Shown here in pieces: positions 29,800-39,975 of a stretch of DNA of 64,000 bases. The position numbers and the translations under genes are program-made. Each line of letters begins with the position of its first letter. The stretch's first letter is position 1. The stretch covers positions 736,001 to 800,000 of the forward strand of contig CAXXLL010000002.1 in the NCBI GenBank assembly GCA_963662545.2, in the 5' to 3' direction. The notes beneath the pieces are model-generated. The model was not told the DNA's origin, did no database searches, and was given only the letters and a program-made list of their open reading frames with translations. This stretch comes from Gammaproteobacteria bacterium. GTDB taxonomy: Bacteria; Pseudomonadota; Gammaproteobacteria; Ga0077536.

Positions 29800-30027
29800 A
29801 TGGCCTTCTATATATATGAAAACTGGCAGGCAGGGCCGCGCAAAGCCGTAATACATCATGGCTCCTGCGGATATTGTAAAGATGGCCGAGGGCAGGCCGG
29901 AGGCTATGACCCTGCCCACGCAGAATGGCACGGGCCATTTGGCAGCCTGCCGCAGGCTCGGGAAACACAAAACTCGATGAAGGTAATTGTACGAAAGAAA
30001 TGTCGTTGCGTCAGTGCGTTTGGATGA
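29800..30027 (+). CDS. Small Cys/His-rich protein, possibly Zn-binding
   Basis: MAFYIYENW...IHHGSCGYCKDGRG...WHGPF...CRC. Confidence 0.65.
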   Translation: MAFYIYENWQAGPRKAVIHHGSCGYCKDGRGQAGGYDPAHAEWHGPFGSLPQARETQNSMKVIVRKKCRCVSAFG

Positions 30028-30146
30028 AACTGGGAATCTTGTTCGACGATAGGATGGAGCGCTTAGCTTTCTTCGGCTCCGGACTTTTTCTACAGACTAG
30101 TTAGATGAAATAGACCGAAAGCCAATGTTCTGGGGGGAGTACTCAA

Positions 30147-30668
30147 ATGGGTGCAACGCTAATCACCACCGCTGGCACCATAATCGCCGTCAGTATTACC
30201 GCGGCCGGGGCCGCGTGGCGCTTCTATTATGAAAGAAATACCGAGCGTCGACGCATCAATATAGCCTTATTGGCGGAAATTCATCGCTTGCTTCACGATG
30301 TAATTCCTCGGCACTGGGGTTGGTGGGAAAGCAGGAGACCGCCCGATGACGAGAAACTTCCTCTCATCCCGTTTACTACACCTATATACGATGTACATGC
30401 GAAAAATATCGGATATCTTAACGAAGATATTGTTGCTAACGCCGCCAGCTTTTATGGGTATATTAAGTTCTTGAATTCCTTGCAGGCCTCTAAAGACGAA
30501 TACGAGAAACTCGGAGACCTTTCCGGATTTAGTAATACATACGAATCCGCTTTAGAGACAGCTTTTGAAGTATATAAAGATGAATTTCAGAAGACTTGGA
30601 CCATCGTTGGAATCGGTTGCGGGAAACGCTGCATTCTTGAACTAATAAAAAAACGTAATGCCGCCTAA
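30147..30668 (+). CDS. Cassette gene, membrane-anchored hypothetical protein
   Basis: Preceded by GTTAGAT (30100); stop codon within GCCTAAC. Confidence 0.7.
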   Translation: MGATLITTAGTIIAVSITAAGAAWRFYYERNTERRRINIALLAEIHRLLHDVIPRHWGWWESRRPPDDEKLPLIPFTTPIYDVHAKNIGYLNEDIVANAASFYGYIKFLNSLQASKDEYEKLGDLSGFSNTYESALETAFEVYKDEFQKTWTIVGIGCGKRCILELIKKRNAA

Positions 30669-30711
30669 CATTACGCTGCCCTCCGGCGGCGGCTGAGCGC
30701 GAGCGCTATTT
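30663..30711 (+). repeat. Short attC-like site
   Basis: GCCTAAC-attacgctgc...gcggctgagc; degenerate right core. Confidence 0.55.
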
Positions 30712-30720
30712 ACTCGGAAA

Positions 30721-31263
30721 ATGGCTGAAGTAAACGAAGAAGTATCGCGACTCTTCTTTGAGGCGAATGGATTCCTCGTGCGGACTAATCTGTCCTATTT
30801 TGTGAAGAAGCCTAAAGGACCAGGAGGGACGAGTGATATTGATTTATTAGTCGCGAACATGGCGCCTGAGTCTTCCATAGAGATGCCATTTATCCTAGAA
30901 GAAGAGCATCTCGCAGGCATCTCAAAGGCCATAATTGAAGTCAAAGGTTGGCATATGGAGCGTATCTCGCCGTCGCTGAGTAGTTTTGACCGCATTGCGT
31001 ATTTCACTAGGCCTGAAGCGATTCGGGCTGCTACCGATTTTTTTCACGCTTCCGACTTCAAGAATATATTAATAACGTCCGCGCTAGTAACAACTAAAAA
31101 GGCCCGAACTAAAGCCATCGATACACTGCGAACCATGAGCATCGACCATGTAATCGAATTTAAAACAATCATAGACGGATTATTCGAAAAACTAGACCCT
31201 ACCAAAAGCTCGAATTCGGAAGTGCTACAAACGCTTAGGCTGGTAAAGATATACCGCGGTTAG
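30721..31263 (+). CDS. PD-(D/E)XK nuclease-fold protein
   Basis: EEVSRLFFEANGFLV...SDIDLL...IIEVKGW. Confidence 0.7.
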   Translation: MAEVNEEVSRLFFEANGFLVRTNLSYFVKKPKGPGGTSDIDLLVANMAPESSIEMPFILEEEHLAGISKAIIEVKGWHMERISPSLSSFDRIAYFTRPEAIRAATDFFHASDFKNILITSALVTTKKARTKAIDTLRTMSIDHVIEFKTIIDGLFEKLDPTKSSNSEVLQTLRLVKIYRG

Positions 31264-31478
31264 AATCGCACAGAGCCAGCGCTTCGAGCCTGATGCTCTA
31301 GCGCATGAAACCGCCCGCGGGCGAAGCAGGCGCGTTCTTGGACGCCTTGGTTCGGCGTCTCCTATTTCGACGGCGCTAAAAGAGTCTTATGCTAATAAGC
31401 CGTTTAAGTTGGGTGTCCGAGATATAGCGCGGACAATTGCGCCTGAAAAATTAAATCACACTCTAAAAGGGGCCTGTT

Positions 31479-32489
31479 ATGGCCGACCGCAACAATCCGA
31501 ATGAATGGGGCGAAGCTCGTCAGAAATTGCACGAGGCAAGGCTATCTTGGTATAAGGCCGCATCGCCGCTGTTGATGGTATTTGTTGCTGCTGTCGCCGC
31601 TTACTGGGGCGTAGATAGGCACGCGCAAGGAATGAGGGAAGCGGAACACGACCTTGAAACATTCAACATAATGTCTCAAGTAGAAAACGAACGGAGCGTA
31701 TACGATGAAAGAATACGAAGTCAATATTTGACAAAGGCAATTGAAAGTCCTGATGACAATGTGCGCCTAAAATATTTGCGCTATCTTTCTTTTTCGAGAG
31801 ATGAGGCTGGGTTTAGGGAGTGGGCAAGCAAAGAACTAGAGCTAGTGCAAGTAAGCTTGGGAGAAGCGAAGAAACGAGCGGACGACGCAATTAGGAAAGC
31901 GCAAGAAGCGGAGAAAAAATACCGGGAGGCCGAAGCCGAAAGAATCAGCGCTGAGATTAAGGCGAAAGTCGCCGCCGAAGAACTTCAGAAAGCGCGTAAA
32001 GAAAACGTCCGCCTAATCGCGGAAAAGAGGTCCAAAGAGACAAAGGAGGCGCTCGAAAAGGCGGAAAGCGCAGCAAAACTTGCAAGAGTTGATGTTGAAG
32101 CTGCCAGAGCCCAAACGCGTCGCGGCACCCACTTAGGGAGAATTGAATTAGCGAATATCGAAGATGATAAAAAATATCTCCTGTACCACAAAACGATTGC
32201 CACCATTGCACTTTTGTTAGCCGACAGAAGCCTCATCAATAAAGAATCCGGACCGTACAAAACGTTCTGGGAGCTATATAGAAAAGATTTGATTGGATAC
32301 GAAAGCCCTGCTTTCGCCAAAATTATGGTTGAAATAGGAAAGCAATTGTTTTTATTGAGAGATGATAATTCGCATTCTGACGAGGTTTTAAAAGAACTGG
32401 TGGCGAGATTAAGAAACGTGGCGGCGGAAGAAACAAAGGACATCGAGATTTCACCATGGGCACGCTTTTATGGGCCCGCTTATTTATAA
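31479..32489 (+). CDS. Membrane-anchored coiled-coil protein (cassette gene)
   Basis: One TM segment, long E/K/A-rich region; stop codon within TTATAAC. Confidence 0.75.
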   Translation: MADRNNPNEWGEARQKLHEARLSWYKAASPLLMVFVAAVAAYWGVDRHAQGMREAEHDLETFNIMSQVENERSVYDERIRSQYLTKAIESPDDNVRLKYLRYLSFSRDEAGFREWASKELELVQVSLGEAKKRADDAIRKAQEAEKKYREAEAERISAEIKAKVAAEELQKARKENVRLIAEKRSKETKEALEKAESAAKLARVDVEAARAQTRRGTHLGRIELANIEDDKKYLLYHKTIATIALLLADRSLINKESGPYKTFWELYRKDLIGYESPAFAKIMVEIGKQLFLLRDDNSHSDEVLKELVARLRNVAAEETKDIEISPWARFYGPAYL

Positions 32490-32582
32490 CGCTGCCGCAA
32501 TGAACTTTAACCACGGCTTCGCGACAGGTGCTTTGCCGCTACGGTCAGTCGCCGTCAAGCGCGGCTGAGCTTTACGTTAGAT
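32484..32582 (+). repeat. attC-like site
   Basis: TTATAAC...ttgccgctacggtcagtcgccgtcaagcgcggctgagctttacGTTAGAT; next ATG 7 nt downstream. Confidence 0.7.
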
Positions 32583-32589
32583 TCTCGGG

Positions 32590-33650
32590 ATGCTCATGAA
32601 GCACATTTACACCGCCGCCTATAAGCTAATCGGCGCAACGAGGCCCGCGTGCGACGCCGAGGTTGTGGTTGGGAATTTCCCAGACCTGCATGGCAAGATG
32701 AGTGTCGTTTACGAGATTGACGACCACTTATTCGAAATAGACCGCGCAGCGGCAGCTGGCACTTCCATGCTCAAGGCCCTTGTGGGCCAAGCCGGAGAAG
32801 TATCAATGGAAGATAGAATTGCCAACGAAATCGCTAACATTCGAGAAGTTAGACAGTCTGCTTCCGCATTTCAAACGTATTTCTTCTCTACCGAGCAGAA
32901 GGAGAAACTGACATTTGGAACCCCAGTACCACAAATGAATTTGAAGAGTTTGTCGTGGCTATCGATGGCGCTGATAAGTCCACTATCAAGCGTAACCATC
33001 AAAAGGCAATCCAGGGCGTTATTGCCGCATTCGCTTTGGGGTCACAGCACATCAGTGGATTTACCAAAATCGCTGAGGGCGTGTACTTTATCGATGGCAC
33101 AGGAAAGCCTAATTATTCCCTTAGCTTTGGCGGTTCGGGCAAAGCTACTATATCAACAACGCTGAAAGCGGAAACGGTCGATTACGCTAAGCAATTTTCG
33201 ACCCATTTAGCGAATCACAAAGAACTTACAGACCCTTCGCGCCTTCTCGCTAGGTCGCTAGATGAAGAATCTGACGTTCTGCTTTCTTATCTATCGGTAT
33301 GGTCAGCCCTTGAGATATTTATCAACAAAGCGTTCCGTTTTTATGAGTCTGAAGCGCTCGGGAATCCAGCTAATCTCGGCATCCCGGAACCAATCGTTCG
33401 CCGTATACGGGATGTAATGTCGGACAAATACAGAATCTCTGACCGATTTTCTTTGGTGTCCAGTTCTCTCGACCCTGCGGGTGCCGATATAGACCTCGCA
33501 GAATTTTCAACTCTGAAGAAGATTAGAGATAGGCTGATGCACGGCGCCGAAGTACCGCTCGACACTTTGCCTACTGCGCGGACAGAAAAACTTTTGAGAA
33601 AGTACCTCAACTTACACGTCAGGCGAATCGCTAATCCAAAAAACCAATGA
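32590..33650 (+). pseudogene. HEPN-like (ApeA-type architecture) gene, frameshifted
   Basis: Frame switch near 32870; C-terminal YLSVWSALE...RDRLMHG (Rx4H). Confidence 0.6.
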
Positions 33651-33725
33651 AACCGACACTTGACCGCGCCTTCCCTGCGCTACCGTTCCGGTTGCCGTCA
33701 AGTGCTGCTCAACTTGGCGTTAGCG
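33634..33725 (+). repeat. attC-like site
   Basis: ccgacacttgacc...cgtcaagtgctgctcaacttggcGTTAGCG; cacttgac/gtcaagtg inverted arms. Confidence 0.7.
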
Positions 33726-33739
33726 CCCAGGAGGAATTC

Positions 33740-34225
33740 GTGCCTTATTTTCATGTACTCGTCACCGTCAAGGACGCCCCTGATTCGATACGGTGCGTCT
33801 TGGCCGACTTATCTGAACGAGAGATAGAGGCAAATTTCGTAAAGCCCTATGGAAAAGAGGAAAGCATACTTTGCGGAAACGAAATCATTGATGCCTACTC
33901 ATTAAAAACCGTTCGAATTATTCAAACTAGCGACACCAGTGAAGCTGAACGTTCCAAACTGAAGGATGAACACAATAGAAAAAATGAAGAATTTAACCGC
34001 AGCTCTGACTCACTAAAAATTATTGGCTCAGGTTTTCGGCGCGATGATGAAGACATCGCCGAAGCAGGCAACGACGTGACGACTGAATATGTCACTGGCG
34101 TTCCTGGATACCTCGACCGGAAGACTGCTGTTGCGCGGCTGTTTCTCGACAAACTTGTTGTGCCGATTGCAGTAGCCTTGATTGTCGCGGCAGCCCTGCT
34201 ATGGTCGGGGTTAAAACGAACGTGA
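33740..34225 (+). CDS. Cassette gene with C-terminal TM segment
   Basis: AGGAGG then GTG directly after attC. Confidence 0.65.
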   Translation: MPYFHVLVTVKDAPDSIRCVLADLSEREIEANFVKPYGKEESILCGNEIIDAYSLKTVRIIQTSDTSEAERSKLKDEHNRKNEEFNRSSDSLKIIGSGFRRDDEDIAEAGNDVTTEYVTGVPGYLDRKTAVARLFLDKLVVPIAVALIVAAALLWSGLKRT

Positions 34226-34429
34226 ACAAATCGTCTATGGGCTCCTCCCGCAAGTAGAGCTGAATAAGCGCTTCTGACGTTACTTCGAAGTAGCGTATTT
34301 CTCGAATCTGCACTTATTTCGCACTTACAAAAGCATCGTTCTCTTTTTCGGGTAGGCCCGTTCCCCGTCAAGCTTGTTGTTCTTTAATGAAAATTCCGAA
34401 ATCCTGTGATATTGCGAACTTCGCATTTC

Positions 34430-34825
34430 TTAAGCAGCGCTCCAAACCTCCATCGAAAACGTCTCGGGTAGCGGTGCGAACATAAGAAGCACTGGCCCGC
34501 CGATCGCGCGGGTCCTGTGCCCACGGCCATCGACGTCCGCTGCGATGAACACTTCGCCCTTGCTCCAGTGACGCCCGTCGTTGTTAGTTGTGACGACTTC
34601 AATCGTGCCTGACAACACGAGCACGACCTGCCGCGCCGGTGCCTGGTGCCAATCCTGCTCGAGATCCGCCGGGAGCTCGATGAAGCATACGCCAGGCGAA
34701 TCATAGGAGTTTGACGCCATCAGGATATTTCCTTCCGCATCGCGATGCTCATTCATCAACGGAACATCGATCTCCCCGAACCGCGATCCACCGTCGTCGG
34801 TCGCCACGAAGCAGGTGATTTTCAT
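34430..34825 (-). CDS. Cupin-like protein
   Basis: DWHQAPARQ..LVLSGTIEV...D..GRGH. Confidence 0.8.
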   Translation of the reverse strand: MKITCFVATDDGGSRFGEIDVPLMNEHRDAEGNILMASNSYDSPGVCFIELPADLEQDWHQAPARQVVLVLSGTIEVVTTNNDGRHWSKGEVFIAADVDGRGHRTRAIGGPVLLMFAPLPETFSMEVWSAA

Positions 34826-35047
34826 AGGCCTTCCTTTGATTTTTTCGGGAGCGTAACGATTCATGATCACTCAAGGCGTTGATCAACTTTGTGCTGAAGC
34901 CGACTCACAAATCGACGCGACAACGGGAGCGCAATATAGGTGTCAGTACCATAGAACCGCAACCATCACTATCGCAGGGATCCGGTCCACCGGCCTGATG
35001 CCCTGCACCGCCAGGTCTAGACCCGGGTATCGGCCGGCTCTGATCGG

Positions 35048-35905
35048 CTACGCTTCGGCCTCGAGCAGTGATGCGAATCGGTCGAGGCTGTCGATACTGT
35101 GGCCGCTGATGAACTCATTACAATAAGGGCGAGCGATTGCCATGCCCTGCGCCAGCGGCTCATATCCTGGGTCACCTTTCAGTGGATTAATCCAGACGAT
35201 CGATTTCGCCCGGCCCGCGACCTTCGCCATCTCGTGATCGAGCAGTTCGGCGTCCCCTGTGTCCCATCCATCACTGATGATTGTCACGACGGTTTTAGGT
35301 GTGATTGCCGTTGCGTAGGTCGTGTTCAGTTCCTTGATTGCCTCGCCGATCTTGGTGCCGCCGGACCAGCCGGAGAAGTGCCTCGACACGCTATCCAGCA
35401 CGGCGCGAAAGTTCTTGCGTCGAAAATGCGCAGTCATCGATTGCAGGTCTGTGCTGAATATGAACACTTCGATTTTCAACCAGCGGTTCCTGCTCAACAG
35501 GTGCAGGAAATTGAGTAGGAACACGCTATAGATTTCCATCGATCCGCTTACATCGACAACGATTACCAGCGGCGTGACGGTCGGGATTCTTCTCCGGTAG
35601 CACCACAACACGATCTCGTCCAAGCGGCATTCTACATTCACGTTGACAAAACCCGGTTTGCCCGCGCCCTCACCGTAGAGTACGTAATGATGAGGAAATT
35701 CGATGTCGGTCACGCGTATCTTCCCTTCGTATTCGCCTTTGATGGAGGCGACACCAAGGGAGAGCGCAATCCGGTATGCGTCTTCGCCGTCTGCGACCAT
35801 TGATTTACAACCCGGAATGGTTTTGACGAGAATGTCTACGTCATGCAGTGCCGCCCACACATCGGCCGCCGCATAGGGCAAATCGGCGGTTCCTTCCATC
35901 TTCAT
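35048..35905 (-). pseudogene. Chimeric CoxG (SRPBCC) N-terminus fused to CoxE (VWA) C-terminus
   Basis: VWAALHD..L.KTIPGC (CoxG) then DVSGSM, WSGGTKIG, ISDGWD, WINPL (CoxE); junction near 35615. Confidence 0.75.
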
Positions 35906-35992
35906 GTAGTTCGACCGTACTCAAAGTTGCCTTGCATTGGCGCAACAATCGGCAATGATAGTCTGTCCCCGGGCGCTGCTTGAATCAGCGTT

Positions 35993-36811
35993 TCAGGTAG
36001 TGGCGACCAGACGCGCGGTCTGACTCGCGAGCAAAGCGCGGTTCAATTCCGCACGTACATCATTGCCCTCCGGGATCGACGCGAGATAGTGCCCATCGAA
36101 GCGCACCTCGATGTCGTCTTGATCAAAGGGGTAGGGGTCCAAGGCATAAACACCGTCAGCACCGGGCAAGATGTCGACCTCAGTGTCCTCAGTCGCGCTC
36201 AGCGGCACATGGGAGAAGCTGGCTTTTTGACGCTCGCTCTGCTGCACGCAATTGAAATAAAGCGCCAGGGTATCGAAGAACTGGAGCTGCTTGTAGTTTT
36301 GAAAAAGATGGCTTTCCTCGATCCATCCGGCGGTGTCGGGATCGGATTCGAGTGTGGCTTTGAGCCGTTCTTGCCGCGTGATTTCATGGTCGAGCATAAG
36401 GTCGGCGATCGCTCTGTTTTTTTCCGCCAGACCGTCGAGAAGAACTTTTTCTGACATACCGTAACGGCCATTGTACAGCCCCCAACTGTGCATGCTGGAC
36501 AGGAGCTCGCAATACGGATGATAGGTGCCATTGAAGTCCGGCGAAGCGCTGCTGGTTTCGACAATGCGTTCAAATGGGGTTTGCACCAGGTTGTAAGGCA
36601 GGCCGGTCGCCGGATCGCGCAGCGCTGCCGCGTCCAGTTCGCGCCATCCGGCGTCGTGGTGCTCGATGACGTGCAGCATCTGCGAACGCGGTTCGATCGG
36701 TTCGAAACTTGCGTTGCCAAAATGCTCCGCGAACTGGGCCGAAAGCGCCGTATGTTGACCCATGGTCATCACGAAATGTTTCTCACCGTCCGCTGCGGCT
36801 TGTACGATCAT
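35993..36811 (-). CDS. DUF3891-family protein
   Basis: QHTALS..FA.HFGN, HHDAGW, LSSMH, QFFDTLALYF, PYPF. Confidence 0.7.
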   Translation of the reverse strand: MIVQAAADGEKHFVMTMGQHTALSAQFAEHFGNASFEPIEPRSQMLHVIEHHDAGWRELDAAALRDPATGLPYNLVQTPFERIVETSSASPDFNGTYHPYCELLSSMHSWGLYNGRYGMSEKVLLDGLAEKNRAIADLMLDHEITRQERLKATLESDPDTAGWIEESHLFQNYKQLQFFDTLALYFNCVQQSERQKASFSHVPLSATEDTEVDILPGADGVYALDPYPFDQDDIEVRFDGHYLASIPEGNDVRAELNRALLASQTARLVATT

Positions 36812-36866
36812 GGCACTTGTCCTCTCGTCGAGTAAGTCACGGTGATCCGCTCACAGCCTAGGTTCC

Positions 36867-36909
36867 CTAACAGGATGTTGAAAAACGGAGTTTTTCAACA
36901 TCCTGCTAA
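36867..36909. mobile_element. 35-bp minimal inverted-repeat element with CTAA duplication
   Basis: CTAA-caggatgttgaaaaa-cggag-tttttcaacatcctg-CTAA. Confidence 0.65.
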
Positions 36910-36955
36910 TGCACAATCACTGATAGCAAGCCCCCCGAGCGATTCGCGGCCGGTC

Positions 36956-37747
36956 TTACTGTGCAACAAACCCGCCATCGATCGCCAAGGTAGCCCCGAT
37001 GACGAAGCTGGCTTCTGCCGAGCATAGCCACACGACCGCACCGGCGATTTCTTCCGGTTGGCCCATTCTGCCGATCGGCTCGCGTTGCGTGATCGCGTCG
37101 ACGATTTCGGGCCGGCGTTCGATAATTTTGTCTACCAGAGGCGTTTGCACGGGACCCGGGCAGACCACGTTGATGCGTATGCCCGTTTGCGCATACTCGA
37201 GTGCAGCGGTTTTCGTCAGCCCGATAACACCATGTTTGCTCGCGGAATAGGCAGGCATGCCCACCGAACCCACTACGCCGAAGTTCGACGCATTATTGAC
37301 GATTGCGCCGCCGCCTTGTTTCAGCATCTGCGCGATCTCGTATTTCATGCAGAGCCATACACCCTTTAGGTTGATACCCGTTATCTGATCCCAATTCTCT
37401 TCCGTGCACTCGGCAGTTTGACTCAAGTCACCCTGAATGCCGGCATTGTTAAACGCGAAATCGAGGCGCCCCCACGCGGTGATTGCGGCGTTCACCATGC
37501 TTTCGACATCGCCAGCACGCGCTACGTCCGCGGCAACGAACATGGCTGTTTCTGACATGTTTTCGATCAGGGCGACGGTCTCCTTTCCGCCCGCCGGGTC
37601 GACGTCGGCGACCAGAACGCGTGCACCGGCACGTGCGTATGCCAGGGCCGTAGCGCGTCCGATCCCTGAACCGCCGCCCGTGACCAGGGCCGTTTTACCT
37701 GTCATTGCATCCGTCACGGCCGATTCCCGTCTACCTTCGTTCGTCAA
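36956..37747 (-). CDS. SDR oxidoreductase
   Basis: TGGGSGIG, NNAG, YSASK. Confidence 0.93.
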   Translation of the reverse strand: MTNEGRRESAVTDAMTGKTALVTGGGSGIGRATALAYARAGARVLVADVDPAGGKETVALIENMSETAMFVAADVARAGDVESMVNAAITAWGRLDFAFNNAGIQGDLSQTAECTEENWDQITGINLKGVWLCMKYEIAQMLKQGGGAIVNNASNFGVVGSVGMPAYSASKHGVIGLTKTAALEYAQTGIRINVVCPGPVQTPLVDKIIERRPEIVDAITQREPIGRMGQPEEIAGAVVWLCSAEASFVIGATLAIDGGFVAQ

Positions 37748-37759
37748 CGCTCTTCGAAA

Positions 37760-38083
37760 TTATTCATATGGCAGGAATCTATCCGCGTCCACCATGTTCA
37801 GAACATCAGGATTCTTGTACATCTCGACCAGATTGCAGACTTCCACCAGCGACAGCGCCATGTCACATAAACGCCGGGCATCCTCGGGCATCTCGGCATA
37901 GGGGTACTGGTTGAGGTATACGATGATGTCCTCAAGGCGCTTCGACATCTCACCGTGAAAATCGATTATCTCGTCCATCGGGGTTGCGATGCGCTTTACC
38001 ATACGTTCGCGCTCAGTCGGTATCGACCATGCCAGGTAGGGCTCTAAATCACTGAAGGGTTCAGGTAATGCAATTTCGGTCAT
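37760..38083 (-). CDS. Small protein coupled to Rieske oxygenase
   Basis: 4-nt overlap with upstream gene; LPEPFSDLEPY.AW. Confidence 0.7.
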   Translation of the reverse strand: MTEIALPEPFSDLEPYLAWSIPTERERMVKRIATPMDEIIDFHGEMSKRLEDIIVYLNQYPYAEMPEDARRLCDMALSLVEVCNLVEMYKNPDVLNMVDADRFLPYE

Positions 38084-39261
38084 GCGCGCGCCATCTCCCG
38101 TTCAAAGACCTCATGGAAATGCCGGATCGTAATTTCTTCATCCTGCATCACCATGTCTGGTCGCGCGCGCGCCATGAGGCCCTTTTGTATTTTTTCGTGC
38201 ATGAAAGCATCTTCCATCAACGTGTCGCGCAATCGGCCGACCGTCCATTCCTGAGCCAACCGCTGGCCGACATTTTCGGCCGGGGGGAAGTGATAGCGCA
38301 TCTCCCAAATGCACCGATCGACGGCGAGTGGCCAGAAGTTATAGGTCATAAAAAAATCTCCTGACACGCCCGCAAACAACAGGATGGCCATGTTTGGAAA
38401 GATGCAGTACCAGTCGAAATCGCTGATCCGCCCAGTCATGCGGACGTTGTTCAACGCGCTATCCATCCGGTTCAGCAAGCCCTCGGTAGGCAACTCCACA
38501 TGCCCCGGGTTGAACTCACAAGACCACACACTGTGATAGTTGTAGAGATTGACGTTCGAAAAACGACAGTATTTATTGTCTTTGAGCAGGAACGAATCGC
38601 CGATGGTAAAGCGGTGCTGGAACGGGAGATGGTAAAGTTCGTTTTGCGCATCGAGTGCGGTCTTATAGTTAGCGTTCTCTTCGACCTTGTAGGTTTTGAG
38701 CCGGCGCATTTTTTCGAACCCTGCGCCGTCCAATTGTGTAGCCACCCCGCCGAGAAATTCCCGTAGGGTCTCGGCCGGTTCGGCCGCCAGATGGATGAAA
38801 ATGAAGCCTTCCCATATATCGCAGTGAACCGGGGTCAGGCCGTGTTTGCTCTTGTCGAGATCGAAAAAATTCTCCTCATCGGGGACCCAGGCTAGCTCCC
38901 CTTCGGTGTTATAAGCCCAACTGTGAAAACCGCAACCGAAGCGCCCGGGGCACTTGCCGCGTTCTTCCCACACGAGTGTATTGCCGCGGTGTGAGCAGAC
39001 GTTGTGGAAAGCGCGAACCACATTGTCGTTGCCGCGCACGACGAGGATCGATGTTCGGCACATTTCGAGTTCACGCACGAAATAATCTGCTGGCTCTGGG
39101 ATATCTTGGACCCGCCCGACGTTGATCCAATGACGTCTGAAGATGAGCTCGCGCTCGAGCTCGAAATGTTCCGCAGAGATGCAAGGCTCCGTGGACACCG
39201 GACCTTTGCCGACAGCAGAGTATTTTTCGGACCATTGCTTATCGATCATTCGCGTCTGCAT
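38080..39261 (-). CDS. Rieske ring-hydroxylating oxygenase alpha subunit
   Basis: CSHRG...CGFHSW Rieske motif; ELYHLPFQH; ED. Confidence 0.92.
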   Translation of the reverse strand: MQTRMIDKQWSEKYSAVGKGPVSTEPCISAEHFELERELIFRRHWINVGRVQDIPEPADYFVRELEMCRTSILVVRGNDNVVRAFHNVCSHRGNTLVWEERGKCPGRFGCGFHSWAYNTEGELAWVPDEENFFDLDKSKHGLTPVHCDIWEGFIFIHLAAEPAETLREFLGGVATQLDGAGFEKMRRLKTYKVEENANYKTALDAQNELYHLPFQHRFTIGDSFLLKDNKYCRFSNVNLYNYHSVWSCEFNPGHVELPTEGLLNRMDSALNNVRMTGRISDFDWYCIFPNMAILLFAGVSGDFFMTYNFWPLAVDRCIWEMRYHFPPAENVGQRLAQEWTVGRLRDTLMEDAFMHEKIQKGLMARARPDMVMQDEEITIRHFHEVFEREMARA

Positions 39262-39361
39262 ATCGCCACCGTCCCGATAGAATGGGTTCGAGTAAAACCC
39301 TGGAAGAGAGGTTCCGTAAGCATACCAATTATTCAGATCAATAAATCCAAGCGCGTGTGCC

Positions 39362-39751
39362 TCACGGGCCCGGCGATAGGTGGGCCGCGACGATCCGCCA
39401 CCCTTGCTCGACGCATACCCAGGCGTGAGACATGCGCCCCCGGCCGCCGGAGTCCGAGCGCAACAGCTCGCAGTTGGCGGTAGCGAAATCCCGGCCGAAG
39501 GTGGTGATTACCAGGCGCGTTATTTCGAGTTTGATCGGCCGGCCGCGCTGGCCATCCCGATATGTCGCGATCGCGTCTATGCCATAGAGATTTTCTCCGC
39601 TACCGAAGCGCAAGACATGTTCACTGTCCCAGAACAGCGCTTTCACGGTATCGATGTCGTTGGTGCTTATGGCATTTGTATAGCGCCAAAAGAATTCGGT
39701 AACTTCTGCATGCACGTCTGGAATATTGATCTCGATACTGGCTCTCCTCAT
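39362..39751 (-). CDS. HpxZ/AtzH-like (DUF3225) protein
   Basis: LFWDS..LRFG.GENLYG, TTFGRDFA, WRIVAAHLS. Confidence 0.85.
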   Translation of the reverse strand: MRRASIEINIPDVHAEVTEFFWRYTNAISTNDIDTVKALFWDSEHVLRFGSGENLYGIDAIATYRDGQRGRPIKLEITRLVITTFGRDFATANCELLRSDSGGRGRMSHAWVCVEQGWRIVAAHLSPGP

Positions 39752-39975
39752 CCGTTTGGCTTCACCGACACCAAGGCTGCTTGCGCGTTACCCAACGCCA
39801 TAAGCGTAGCGGTGCAAGCGACTGTTTGGCTATCGCACGAGATTTCATTTTCACCCGCCCGGCGCCCTTGAACATCGGTCATGCATTCATTAGGATTTAA
39901 TCATCATTATTTATTAATTTAATTGGCCTTTTCACAGCCAGCTGCCAGCTTTCGCCGCAGGAGGATTCAAATATC

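Noticed and set aside
27213-31263. CBASS or restriction-modification system
   Set aside because: No CD-NTase or DNA methyltransferase is seen, and the patatin and nuclease genes are not in one operon.
33647-33739. N-terminal extension of ORF 33647-34225
   Set aside because: It translates the attC site; the RBS supports the GTG start at 33740.
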